A stretch of 64,000 bases of DNA from an uncultured Elusimicrobia bacterium (GTDB lineage: Bacteria > Elusimicrobiota > Elusimicrobia > 2-01-FULL-59-12), in assembly GCA_963702895.1 (NCBI GenBank), contig OY969767.1, forward strand, positions 2,304,001 to 2,368,000. The letters run 5' to 3'. This document shows, piece after piece, positions 30,201 through 38,275 of this stretch. A program made the translations under genes and the position numbers. Positions within the stretch are counted from its first letter, which is position 1. The number at the start of each line of letters is the position of its first letter. The notes beneath the pieces were generated by a model, which did not search any database, was not told the DNA's origin, and saw only the letters and a program-made list of their open reading frames with translations.

Positions 30201-33197
30201 ACGGACGTAATAGGTGGTGAGCGGCGACAAATTGGTCAGCGTCGTCGTATTGGCCGTAAGCGCGGCGGCGAAGGTTACGGGCGTGCTCAGGCCCACCGTA
30301 AAGGAGCTATCAAGGGCCATGGAAATCTCATAGGGCGTATGATCGGGGTTGCTGCTCGTGCTCCACTTCACCGTGAAGGAGCTGGATCCGACGTCGGAAA
30401 CGGGAGTCATCGCCACCGCAGGCGTGTTCGCAAGCGTATAGACGGTCTTGCTGCTGGAAGGGCCCGTCTCCGTCCCGCCCGACCAGGCGGTGACCACGCG
30501 GCTATGGGACGAGTTGGAGACCAGACTGTTCTCCATATAGATCAGCGCGGCAAGATCGGTCGCAACGATCGTCGGGCTGGTCGCGTAGTACAGGGTATAG
30601 CCGGTGGCGCTCGGAGAGAGGTTCCAGGACCATTGGATGGAGGTCACGGCATTCGACACGCCCGTCAGGCCGGACGGAGGCGGCAGGCCGGCGCTCCACT
30701 GAATAAGGTTCGCCGTATCAAACCGTTCATTCGCATCCCCCGCGAGTGAGCCATTGGCGATGTAGTGGGTCCAGGACAACCCGACGCTCGATCCTAGGAT
30801 GGTAAAGTTGTAATTGGCATCGTTGAGCCGGGAGTTGCGATACGTGACGTTATCGAGGGTGATGGTGGACTCCGTGACATCCATCAGGGTGATCAAGGTG
30901 CTGGTGGACGATTGACCGGTTCCACTGAAGTCAAACGTGCTGTGCTCAATGGCGAAGGGGCCTGAACCGGACAACCAGATCCCCTGCTCGTCCATATTGG
31001 TGATGCTGGCGTAGCGCACGATAAAGGTGCCCGAATCGACGAAGCTGTAGTAGGTGCTGCCGGCGTCCAGGCCCCCCATGACGGAGGGATTGCTCATGGT
31101 GCCCGAGAGCTCAAAGGAGCCCGTTGGATCAATGGTGATTTTTGAGCGGCCGTTATTGAGTGAAGGCGCCACCGGCCCGAAAGTCATTTTTTTGCCGATG
31201 CCTGGATCGCTGGAGGCGCCCACCAGCAGAAATTCAACGCGGTCGTTGGCTTGGGGCGTGCCGGGGGTGAAGCTCAAGTAAAACTGCGGGTTCGCCGAAG
31301 GGATGGGCAGGCCGGATTGAGTACCCATGAAACTTCGCATGAAGCCGCTGATGCTTCCGGACACATTCCAAACGGCGCCCGTGTAGACGATGGTGATCCA
31401 CTGCGTCGTCGCGGTCAAGTCCTCCGTGGTGTCGATGCTCGCGGTGTGAATGCCTTGCGTGGCGATGGGATAGAAGGCGAACGAGCCATAGGTGGGTGAG
31501 GATGCGGCGACGGTGAGGGTCTCGCCGGAGATTTTTCGATAGCCCTGGAAACGGATGTTGCCATTGGAGCCATTCTGGTTGAACGACGTGATCCAGCTGT
31601 CTGGAATAGACAGGCCGGAAGAGTCAATCCCCGAGGCGGGATTGATCTTGGCCCCATGGAGTGTAAGACGTGAAGAAGACGAATTGCCAAAGCTGATTTC
31701 GGCCAGCGCATTCGCCGAGGCTGTTTCAATGGGCGTATAACCCAGCTTTCCCCCGACCCAGTCAATCGTTTGACCTCCGTCACTATAGAACCCGTACCCC
31801 GAATTCCCATAGACCGCGTTATTCCAGAACCCGTTTTGATTTCCAGAGATAAGCTTGATGCCGTCCGTGACCTTTGTGATGTCGTTGGAGGTCACGATAT
31901 TCCGGACCGCCGTCTCCAGATGAAGGCCGTCCTGCGTCATCACGCGGATGGTATTGGAAGAAACGAGATTATCGCCTGCGCCAAAAAGACCGATTCCGCC
32001 CTCGCCGGCATAGATGTCGTTATCTCGCACGGTGTTGTTGTCAGAATAATTCGCCGCCTGATTCGTCAGCCCGATACCGTAAAAGCCATGGTGCTGCATG
32101 ACGTTGCCAAGGATCTGGTTAAAGTCAGACGCTTGAAGCAGGATGGCGCCGTCAGGGTGAGAGAAGAAATGATTGTTGATCAGCCGGTTGTTGTCAGAAT
32201 TTGGCAGCAGTTCAATGCCCGAACTCTGCTGGTCATAGAAGACATTGCCGTTGATGAGACACCCGTCCGCGTTATCCAGCTGCAGCCCATCATCACCACC
32301 GCGGAACGTGGAACTCGAAATGTCCGCCCGGGATCCCGCGCCGCTGATTGTGAGGCCCTGTTTGCCTGTCATGCCGGTGCCGAGGTCCTTGAACTCCGTG
32401 GAAAAAGCGACAAAGTCTACCGGATTGGTGACGTAGCTGATCAGATAGGAAACATCGGCCGCGGGATTCGTCCCGGAGGAAGTGACCACCACGTTGCGGG
32501 TGAGATTGCCTATCGAAAGCGGGAAGTCGGAGTTGGGATAGCTGGCGGTGAGGGCCGGGGAGAAATCAATGGAACCCGCCGCCATGGATACGATGGTCAC
32601 GGCTTCCGTACCAATGACGATGGTGTCCCCAACAGACCAGTTCAAACCGGTGGTGTTCACGCTGATGGTGGTGTTGCCCGCCGAGACGCCGGCCAAGGCG
32701 ATCGCCGCGGGCGCTTTGCTCGCGCCATAGGAGGTGAATTTTCCGCCCGTGTTGACGATCAGGCCGAATTGCCCGGCGGTGGTTCCCGCCGCCAGCACCA
32801 ACTTCGCTTGATAGGCTGCGCTAATGGGCATCGCGCTGTATCCCATATCGAGCCATCCGCCTGAATTGACGGTGAGATCTCCGCCCACCAGGGTTAAAGA
32901 ACTGCTTTGGATCCGGCTGAATGAAAGCCTGCCTTCCACCGTCATCGTGCTGGCCGTCGCGGTATTGATGTCCACGGTGACGGTATGACCGGCATTGATG
33001 ATGACCTGATCGGATGCGGTTGGCACCGTGGCGGGAGTCCACGTGCCGGGACTCGACCAGTTGCCGCTGGCATCGCTGGAAATCGCGGCCGAGGCGTTCC
33101 CGCACACAAGGACCAGGATCAAGAGGAGGAGCGCGCCCATGGCGGCCGCTCTGTTTCCCCTGTTCTCTATCCCCTGTCCCCTGTTTTTAATACGCAT
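24273..33197 (-). CDS. Giant (2974 aa) secreted surface protein: G8-like, parallel beta-helix, FN3, carboxypeptidase-regulatory-like repeats, internal and C-terminal FlgD-Ig-like domains
   Basis: Signal peptide; GNWSSPGTW..VP; GIxL/N-rich beta-helix repeats; LSPLTTYYVRVRA; NFPNPF..WDGKNDSGNNVASGVY..KMAVIK. Confidence 0.85.
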   Translation of the reverse strand: MRIKNRGQGIENRGNRAAAMGALLLLILVLVCGNASAAISSDASGNWSSPGTWTPATVPTASDQVIINAGHTVTVDINTATASTMTVEGRLSFSRIQSSSLTLVGGDLTVNSGGWLDMGYSAMPISAAYQAKLVLAAGTTAGQFGLIVNTGGKFTSYGASKAPAAIALAGVSAGNTTISVNTTGLNWSVGDTIVIGTEAVTIVSMAAGSIDFSPALTASYPNSDFPLSIGNLTRNVVVTSSGTNPAADVSYLISYVTNPVDFVAFSTEFKDLGTGMTGKQGLTISGAGSRADISSSTFRGGDDGLQLDNADGCLINGNVFYDQQSSGIELLPNSDNNRLINNHFFSHPDGAILLQASDFNQILGNVMQHHGFYGIGLTNQAANYSDNNTVRDNDIYAGEGGIGLFGAGDNLVSSNTIRVMTQDGLHLETAVRNIVTSNDITKVTDGIKLISGNQNGFWNNAVYGNSGYGFYSDGGQTIDWVGGKLGYTPIETASANALAEISFGNSSSSRLTLHGAKINPASGIDSSGLSIPDSWITSFNQNGSNGNIRFQGYRKISGETLTVAASSPTYGSFAFYPIATQGIHTASIDTTEDLTATTQWITIVYTGAVWNVSGSISGFMRSFMGTQSGLPIPSANPQFYLSFTPGTPQANDRVEFLLVGASSDPGIGKKMTFGPVAPSLNNGRSKITIDPTGSFELSGTMSNPSVMGGLDAGSTYYSFVDSGTFIVRYASITNMDEQGIWLSGSGPFAIEHSTFDFSGTGQSSTSTLITLMDVTESTITLDNVTYRNSRLNDANYNFTILGSSVGLSWTHYIANGSLAGDANERFDTANLIQWSAGLPPPSGLTGVSNAVTSIQWSWNLSPSATGYTLYYATSPTIVATDLAALIYMENSLVSNSSHSRVVTAWSGGTETGPSSSKTVYTLANTPAVAMTPVSDVGSSSFTVKWSTSSNPDHTPYEISMALDSSFTVGLSTPVTFAAALTANTTTLTNLSPLTTYYVRVRARNGDGIPTNFLTIASTRTLSPGGISAGEGAATLVPASLAEGAMVQTATMTFIVPSGNYFPGGGVQVQLPFGWGPYLQTTSPGMPGHVAAASNPSRTLALTPSMSDASVAVTLDSGQTLAAGATIQVFISRLWSPCPLPGQSTVYWTVSSRSAGGASFQNIVTQPAQSIIVSTAASISFTPQEPLSVVSGLASSTITVTGRSSCWSIAPVAGSVVMDLSGLLPDYITTDPNAEFSATSDFSALITSVTLSTGATQSSFFYRTNTVGTNLSIRASYLDIQFGHPTSVSRQVHVFSSAVTFSDASLDSGMAGSGTSTFTLTPNNDGENDYVFIRFTPSDDDISWRVRISSDNFVTRVYERWGTGDPFGTMQWDGRNMFGPSGSAIVPNGVYQVRMEVPGMPPDTSLSITVSGASISGKVRLGATPMANVWVNANATSGYGFGGAMTDGNGNYSINGLTSGQAYHLQVSFYDPNTMSAVSGSLFNITAPSATADITVSRPAKIRVAATLSQAAPFQLFGQVNAYTADYSQNYWSSIRFQMSSTTSDNGDYFNPSTWTIIAAQPGSYTVRLHMPSFPPMQQTVTVSAGETVDVPVFNLTRPANVFGLITLPAATDHSMWVPVEGILSGQTSPMVWGGAYFEIGQSTAIFQVYNVPAGNYSFKIRAQGYLPVVVSTTVTGSDIGDFINGGLDIPSTSFSTGGKISGTITVQGDTSASPSLSLWINAYSPSLGSGEFAQVTLATSATSTSGSYQIGGLADGTYQVYPPYVSGFELTPPGPKSATVTGGVGTLNLLLTENTGQIGGSITLPGGSVDYNQVFISVNGPMISTSVAAAGATYALPRLGSGFFDVTAVYGTTGAHMRRSIAVVNGQTSTLELDLSAPTYVISGSVTIQSPFTVTPTSGTPVTINTISELLSNATTQYFYINGIPVIVPTARVEAFPKQFHSYGGASRRGFDSSFFGADIKYGAIQADGSYVIPGITPGLWEVSVFPYLDGGTVPSMAVTRQTLTITAGNKTDIDFGLTAGNSVGGTISLPGGATDHRTFEVIIVTDRGDYVQSSSLQIGSAGSPASSVAYLFKNLPSGNYALIIRDPGTWDPSLMQMTRKYSAKPATFEIDGADIPALNITLARASRIIGKLSILGKTPDGEPVSTLVTPNNITVLPNNFRIAAMANPWVEGGYQEASMSTSSTGFHVDINASNQFHIDGLVPGTYDVQFRQDSFGAAFVGEGSVSLASYVKGQLIVTEGQVTDLGTIELKQGLSLTGTVEDTSGNALPNIRVRARPSGKHDYSNEAETFTDTAGQFTLSGINPDLKSYDIIAAPRPWIGDTTPPSAYGQVIKKAVDVTQTPLPTVAFTLEGANASLSGQVLTMDSGPLGYPDGDKEQGYPAAAIYLQKQGVPTAGDNPLGDIQAASNLDGSFSITSLVPGRYDVQVVSLNYKPHKFAFTIEAGSNNAGTITLQVGAILNTTLQKTDGSDVSSEDVEFAVAVTADLGTIIFGQISKDEHTRTIRSIRFSGFDSTKRYSVLLFDNRDNITSPNEGRNLAFSSDSEEKNLTLTYQPSAPTAYVQVKKVGSAVEATFYLSRALRNVLPADNDMASLLTVTAGNGALSSFAIGGDRRTMSVLYTPPAEEQTATLRLSGSAVDIDPSTGNEFPITKSVILRFGQRASAEQNINPVLGGEVTLAESAGDPSGVDLPANALLDEEGAAVDADASYGISFTATEDAADLPAQAPGMRAGRGARAAALGVQLARGEAAYVPEAYQAMKAAHASATINPLSSFYSVLLPAGLSHTLNQSATLTLQYDTGADPSAINIYYFDGSKYLIENANRTIDAVNRTITVNVSHFSTFVVLQNSLPVVITDGDSGSAADIKVFNFPNPFDLTAKTKTLNHGGSTSTMDTTGTIVRYLLPAGKGGRAHLDIFNVVGEKVRSIDLGNASEDIYHYVAWDGKNDSGNNVASGVYVGLLKVGDHKKTWKMAVIK

Positions 33198-34506
33198 AGC
33201 TGAATCCCATCAAATAGTTCTGTGAGTTAAAGTGATACTGATACAGTTGGCTGTACGTGTTGTTGGAATCACTCCACCCAAAGCCCGAGGTCGCCTTGAC
33301 CTGGAAGTTCCGAGCGATGGGGTATGACACCGTGAGCCCCGCGCTCACGTAATCCACGTCAGTCGTGTCGGTCCCATAGGCCCCGGAACTGTCTTGCACG
33401 AGCCTGTCCGTATAGCTTTGACGTGAGACCGCGCCGCTCACGTTCACCGTCAACGGAGCAGGCCCAAGCAGAAGAGTCCAGTCATTCTTCAGAGCGTTGG
33501 TCACGTAGGAGTAATAATTCGGGTTGTAGAACGTGCGTGAGGCGTCATAGTGGTTCTGATTGGAGAAGAGGTGTGTGCGGCTGTACCCCAGCGAAGAGAA
33601 GATCCGGAACCCCAGGCCGTCCAAGATCGGCCACGTTCCCATGAGGGAGAGCGTCTCGATGCGGTCATCCCGAAGATCCGCGACGAGGCTTCCGGAGGCA
33701 TCCACGAGGTGTTGGTCAGGAAACGACGTCCAGGTATTCGAAAACGCCGCCTCAAGCAACCCATTTCCAGGAACGGTGAATTGGGACCCCAAGGTGAGCA
33801 TGTGGTTTTGGGTGTTGTGCACGTCCGGCGCGTTGAATTCCCTCCCCTGACCCACAGAAGCCGCCTCTGAGGAAAGGCTCTGATAATTGGGGAAATCAAT
33901 CCTAAAGTAGTCATAAGCGAAGCGGACGAAATTGTCTTTCTTCCAGAACCACTCGGATTCGGCGCCTGCGGAGAGGCGCCGGTTGTCATAGAGACCGTCT
34001 CCCCAGTCTTCATCCTCTGTTTCGCGTAAGAATTCGGAACCATAGCCGGTGACGGCCTTGAGCCTTAGGCCATTCTCGAAAGAACGGATCCCCTTCACCG
34101 ATATATTGTGGTTCTGAGAATCTTGGAACAGGGTTCCTCCACCGATCAAGTCCTGGACTTGCTTGGTTCCCTGATACACGCCGCTGTATAAAGGAACGAG
34201 ACTCCACTGGTCGTTGAATTTCATGAAGGGAGAGGCGATCAGCGACGCGAAGCCGCCAAAGGAGCTCTCGGCCCCTTGGTAAAAGTCCTGCCCGCCTAAA
34301 AGTTGCGCCTGAACCACCGGTTTCACCTCAACGGCCATGGCCGCATTTGCGAACACAAAGACACTGGCTGTCACCCCGGCGAACGCCGGGGTCCATCGAT
34401 TACATCTATGATGGATTCCGTCCCCATCCTTAGATCTCAGAGGAAGGGACAGTCCCCCGGACGTAAGGGGGACGGCTTTCGCCGGAATGACGTCACGACT
34501 CATCAT
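33187..34506 (-). CDS. Hypothetical outer-membrane beta-barrel protein
   Basis: Signal-like ASVFVFANAAMA; aromatic-rich amphipathic strands; C-terminal YLMGFSYAY; overlaps both neighbours. Confidence 0.7.
   Translation of the reverse strand: MMSRDVIPAKAVPLTSGGLSLPLRSKDGDGIHHRCNRWTPAFAGVTASVFVFANAAMAVEVKPVVQAQLLGGQDFYQGAESSFGGFASLIASPFMKFNDQWSLVPLYSGVYQGTKQVQDLIGGGTLFQDSQNHNISVKGIRSFENGLRLKAVTGYGSEFLRETEDEDWGDGLYDNRRLSAGAESEWFWKKDNFVRFAYDYFRIDFPNYQSLSSEAASVGQGREFNAPDVHNTQNHMLTLGSQFTVPGNGLLEAAFSNTWTSFPDQHLVDASGSLVADLRDDRIETLSLMGTWPILDGLGFRIFSSLGYSRTHLFSNQNHYDASRTFYNPNYYSYVTNALKNDWTLLLGPAPLTVNVSGAVSRQSYTDRLVQDSSGAYGTDTTDVDYVSAGLTVSYPIARNFQVKATSGFGWSDSNNTYSQLYQYHFNSQNYLMGFSYAY
34370..34492. repeat. 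Family B repeat carrying a nested 52-bp TCCCC..GGGGA element
   Basis: gtcaccccggcgaacgccggggtcca..tggattccg [34421-34472] cggctttcgccggaatgac. Confidence 0.8.
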
Positions 34507-36173
34507 TGAATCAATCCGCTCTTGATGAAGATCTTGGGTTCGACCACCAGGTCGATTTTCCGTCCCTCAAATTCTGTCGCCGTGATTTGCTGCTCGTAAT
34601 TCCACTTCAAAAGCTCTTCCTTATATTGGGCCCCGGTGGAGGCGCCCGAAAAAGCGCTCAAGGGGGCGATGGCCCCGCTGTCGTCAATGAGGACCGTGCG
34701 GTAGCTCTCGAACGTTCCATCGCCGTAATAATGGGTGACCGTCGCGTCGATATTGTTCGCGTCGACCGAGACCACCGGCAGGACAAAGCCGCCGGCGTAA
34801 TTCCAGGTCGCATCCAGGGGGTTCGCCAGGGTGTTGGCCGCACCGGACTTCGTGTAGTTGATCTTGGTGACGTCATTGATCGCGTGGGTGTAGCTGTTGA
34901 ACCGGCCCTTCCAGAATGTGTCGCCACTCGAAAGATTTTTGAAACTGTCACTCTCGGGCACAAAGACCCCAATCTGGGTGGCGCTGGGCAACTGGGCCTC
35001 CGTCACGGTGGAGAAGCTGTCCGCGAGAGGGTGATAAACCTTGTAGGTCCCATCGAGCTGGAGCTCCGAAGCGGCGACGGTCCTCGTATTGGTCGGATCC
35101 GCGGCATCGGTGAGAACGTAATTGCCGGAGCCGTCGACCTCAATTTTCACAAGATGCCCGCCCGTCGCTGTATCGTGGATGGAATCACGGGTATTGGACT
35201 GCCCCATCTCATAGGAGGTGAGGAAGTAGTCGGGAGCGGTCTCGCCGAGTTTTCCGGACAGGTCTTTGAGGGCAACCGAGAGATCCACGGGCAGGGGTTG
35301 ATTGAACGTTCCTTTATAGAAGTAATAATCGAGCTGGTCATTGCGCTCGTTCAGAACAACAAATTTGAAAGAGTCCGGCGTGGTCCGGACGATGTACTCA
35401 TCGAGCCTGACGCGGCGGCCTTCCACGTCGACGAGGCTTTTCCCCTCCGTATAGTCCGCGTAGCGCCGCTCCATCGCCGCGGCCGCGATCACGGCATTGC
35501 GGTCCATGTCGAGCCCGACTTCATGCCTGGCCTCATGGGCGAGCGCATTGTCAGTCTTTTTCCGCGTGTCCTGCGGGATGGGCCGAGGCCGTTCAATTGA
35601 TCCGTTCCTGACGCTGGTCATTTGGCCCGCGGGAACCCTGATTTCATCCTGCGTTCCCGGGATGGCGACCCCCACCACCCCGTGATAAACAGAGACCAGA
35701 GTCCCCCCGTCCCCTGTTACCGTGTCAAATTCGGTCCCGCGCACGGCGCAAACGGCGGTCGGCGTTTGGACGGAGAATTTCTCCAGACCTTTTAGTGTTT
35801 TGACCTTGGAGATGAGGCGGCCTTTGTCCAGATAGGCTTTCGTATCTCCGTCTTGCAGTGACTTGAATTGAAGGCTGGAGTCCGCTTTGACGACGAAATG
35901 ATGACCTTCCGCCGTCACGATGTCGACGGTTGAGTGAGATCCCGTGCGGAAGATGGACCCCTCTTCCACCCGTTCTCCGGGGGAAACCACGCGCCACTGA
36001 AGAGCGCCCGGCGCGCGCATGTCGACCGTGCCCCGCACATCATCCACTTTGGCGGAGGCCGCAAAGCTCGCCGCCGCGGGGGATAAGCCCAGACATAAAA
36101 AAAGCAAGCGCTTCACCCAAAAAGCGGCGAATCGCTTGCGCCGAACTTCCGATACCTTTAAAGATGCCCTCAT
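34503..36173 (-). CDS. Secreted FecR-domain protein with uncharacterised C-terminal domain (alternative GTG start at 36116)
   Basis: FRTG, FSVQTPTAVCAVRGTEF, VSVYHGVV FecR motifs; signal peptide. Confidence 0.82.
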   Translation of the reverse strand: MRASLKVSEVRRKRFAAFWVKRLLFLCLGLSPAAASFAASAKVDDVRGTVDMRAPGALQWRVVSPGERVEEGSIFRTGSHSTVDIVTAEGHHFVVKADSSLQFKSLQDGDTKAYLDKGRLISKVKTLKGLEKFSVQTPTAVCAVRGTEFDTVTGDGGTLVSVYHGVVGVAIPGTQDEIRVPAGQMTSVRNGSIERPRPIPQDTRKKTDNALAHEARHEVGLDMDRNAVIAAAAMERRYADYTEGKSLVDVEGRRVRLDEYIVRTTPDSFKFVVLNERNDQLDYYFYKGTFNQPLPVDLSVALKDLSGKLGETAPDYFLTSYEMGQSNTRDSIHDTATGGHLVKIEVDGSGNYVLTDAADPTNTRTVAASELQLDGTYKVYHPLADSFSTVTEAQLPSATQIGVFVPESDSFKNLSSGDTFWKGRFNSYTHAINDVTKINYTKSGAANTLANPLDATWNYAGGFVLPVVSVDANNIDATVTHYYGDGTFESYRTVLIDDSGAIAPLSAFSGASTGAQYKEELLKWNYEQQITATEFEGRKIDLVVEPKIFIKSGLIQ

Positions 36174-36310
36174 ACTGATTTGGCAGCCCCACTATCCCCG
36201 ATCCAGGGACTGGAAGCTTTGCGTACACACCCTTGTTGCCAACCCGCCGTGACTGCACCGGAGGGCCCGCCAGCGTCTCCATGGCGGGGGGGTAGCCTTT
36301 AACAATCAGT
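36174..36310 (-). ncRNA. Cyclic di-GMP-I (GEMM)-like riboswitch with expanded P2
   Basis: AAAGGC..ACGCAAAGCUUCCAGUCCC..GGGAUAGUGGGGCUGCC matches the conserved GEMM core; P1 ACUGAUUG/CA(A)AUCAGU. Confidence 0.75.
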
Positions 36311-36316
36311 GGGACA

Positions 36317-36345
36317 TGTTTAGCGCGGAATCAGAGGTTCGTCAA
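36317..36345 (-). promoter_or_regulatory. Putative sigma70 promoter upstream of the riboswitch
   Basis: TTGACG-N17-TAAACA(T); predicted TSS coincides with the P1 5' end. Confidence 0.5.
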
Positions 36346-36432
36346 CGAAGAACTTTTCACGTAAATTCGTGTTAAAAGTGATTTCCCCACCCTTGTCGAG
36401 AGAAGCGGTTCTACGCCTTAAAATAAGGGGGT

Positions 36433-37404
36433 TTATCGAAACTCGAAGCGCAGTCCAAAGGCGGCGGCCATGTTATTGTGGTTAGCGAACTCACCATGAA
36501 GGCCCAGCTTCAGGAAGGGTAAAACGGTGATCTCAAGCCCGACTAGCGCGCGCAGGTCCGTATCTTCCACATCGCGGCTCGCCGTCCCAACCGTGTCCAG
36601 GGTCGTACTGGTGGGCGTCCCAGCGACAGAGGTAATCGTCCCAGTATTGGTGATGGAAGTACTCACTGACCCAAAATTCATATTCGCCGATGCGCCCACG
36701 TAGGGATTGAAGATCGTGATCTTCTTATTCAGAACGGCCTGGAGGCCGAAGCTCGTCGTATCCCATTGCGAACGCGTGGACCCCTCAGCATTCGATAAGA
36801 CCACGTCCGACGGGATCGTTGGATCATAGGGGGTCGTCGCGTCAAGATGACCCTTGGCATGAGTGAAATTGGCTCCCAGGGTTAGCCCAAAAGGGCGGGT
36901 GATGCCTTCCTCGATGAGATTCTTGCGGACATCCACCCCGAAAATAGTGTTTCCAATACTCGTATGGGTCGTCCCTTCATCGTGGCTGTAGGAGGGAATG
37001 CCGCCAAAGCGCACGCCCGTATCAAGCCCCCAAGGTAAGCCGATTTTAGCGTGGCCGATGATGGCGGGCATAGGGAAACGGTCTTGGACATCAATCAGGC
37101 CTGTGTCGACTACGGAGGTGCCAAGATTTCGCAGACCATCGATGTCCGCTTTCGTCCCTGATACAACGGCTTCCACGCCGAATTCAAAACCCAACATTTT
37201 GAGCTGCGTCGGCATGACATTGCCGGAGGTGGAATTAAAAGGAACGGCAACTTTGAGCTGATCGCTGATCCAGCCGCTCAGGAGCACGGAATCCGCCGTA
37301 ATCGCGTCAATGGCCTCTTCTGGCGTGGTCGGAGGAGCGGCAAGGGCGCTTCCTGATAAGAGACTCGCGACACATCCTAGGGCAAATAATTTTTCCAGTC
37401 TCAT
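36433..37404 (-). CDS. Hypothetical outer-membrane beta-barrel (DUF6588-like)
   Basis: Signal peptide; FEFGV, P..HAKIGLPWGLD.G.R, PYVG; C-terminal GLRFEFR. Confidence 0.65.
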   Translation of the reverse strand: MRLEKLFALGCVASLLSGSALAAPPTTPEEAIDAITADSVLLSGWISDQLKVAVPFNSTSGNVMPTQLKMLGFEFGVEAVVSGTKADIDGLRNLGTSVVDTGLIDVQDRFPMPAIIGHAKIGLPWGLDTGVRFGGIPSYSHDEGTTHTSIGNTIFGVDVRKNLIEEGITRPFGLTLGANFTHAKGHLDATTPYDPTIPSDVVLSNAEGSTRSQWDTTSFGLQAVLNKKITIFNPYVGASANMNFGSVSTSITNTGTITSVAGTPTSTTLDTVGTASRDVEDTDLRALVGLEITVLPFLKLGLHGEFANHNNMAAAFGLRFEFR

Positions 37405-37415
37405 GGTGATCCTCC

Positions 37416-38186
37416 CTATGCGTTTCTTTCCCAGAGTATCCGAAGGCCCTCCAAGGTCAAATCCGGGACGATACGGGGCCGGGCCTTCAAGTGGGGGCCG
37501 ATGACCGAGGAAAGCCCTCCAGTGACAAGGACGAGCGGCCGACTGCCCATTTCCGCTGTTAAGCGTTGTAAAAGACCCTCAATGAGGGAAATATAGCCCC
37601 AAAAAAGACCACTCTGCAAGCTTTCTTTTGTGGTCCTGCCGATCGCCCTCATGGGAACTGCCTGGAAGGTGACGCGCGGCAGCTTCGCCGTATGCGTCGC
37701 CAGCCATTCGCCAGCGAGTTCCAGCCCTGGACAAATCGCGCCGCCCAGGTATTCTCCCTTGGCCGTGATGCAGTCGAATGTTGTCGCTGTTCCAAAATCA
37801 ACCACAATGGCCGGCTTCCTATATAAGGCATGCACCGCAACGGCATTGACAAGACGATCGGCCCCCACTTCTTCTGGGTATCGATACAGGTTCTTAATGC
37901 CGAGATGGGTCTTGGGCCCAACGACCAGGGGCGTTTGACGAAGGTAGGTCCGCGACATCACGCGAAAAGGCTCATCCAAGGAAGGAACAACGCTCGCCAT
38001 GCTCACACCCTGGATTTTGGAAACGTCGAGGTTGCGGGTCGCCAGAAGACTCAAGAAATGCACGCCCAACTCATCGGAGGTGTAATGACGGTTTGTGTTG
38101 AGGCGCCAGGTGTGTCGGAGCGCTCTCTTTTGAAAGAAACCGACGGTGATGTGGGTGTTGCCGATGTCAACCGCCAGCAGTGTCAT
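37416..38186 (-). CDS. coaX: Type III pantothenate kinase
   Basis: DIGNT, GADR, VDFGTATTFD, GGAICPG, TGG, LTLEGL. Confidence 0.95.
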   Translation of the reverse strand: MTLLAVDIGNTHITVGFFQKRALRHTWRLNTNRHYTSDELGVHFLSLLATRNLDVSKIQGVSMASVVPSLDEPFRVMSRTYLRQTPLVVGPKTHLGIKNLYRYPEEVGADRLVNAVAVHALYRKPAIVVDFGTATTFDCITAKGEYLGGAICPGLELAGEWLATHTAKLPRVTFQAVPMRAIGRTTKESLQSGLFWGYISLIEGLLQRLTAEMGSRPLVLVTGGLSSVIGPHLKARPRIVPDLTLEGLRILWERNA

Positions 38187-38192
38187 AAAGCC

Positions 38193-38270
38193 GTGTCGGG
38201 GTAACGGTGTAACGGGGTGTCGGGGTCACAGCCTTGACTCCGATACTCCGATCCCCCGATACTCCGATAC
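38193..38270. repeat. Inverted octamer arrays between mdh and coaX
   Basis: gtgtcggg/gtaacggt/gtaacggg/gtgtcggg versus ccgatact/ccgatccc/ccgatact/ccgatac. Confidence 0.75.
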
Positions 38271-38275
38271 ATACC

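Noticed and set aside
36117..36140. Possible riboswitch-associated terminator AAGCG..CGCTTTTT
   Set aside because: Stem too weak to call
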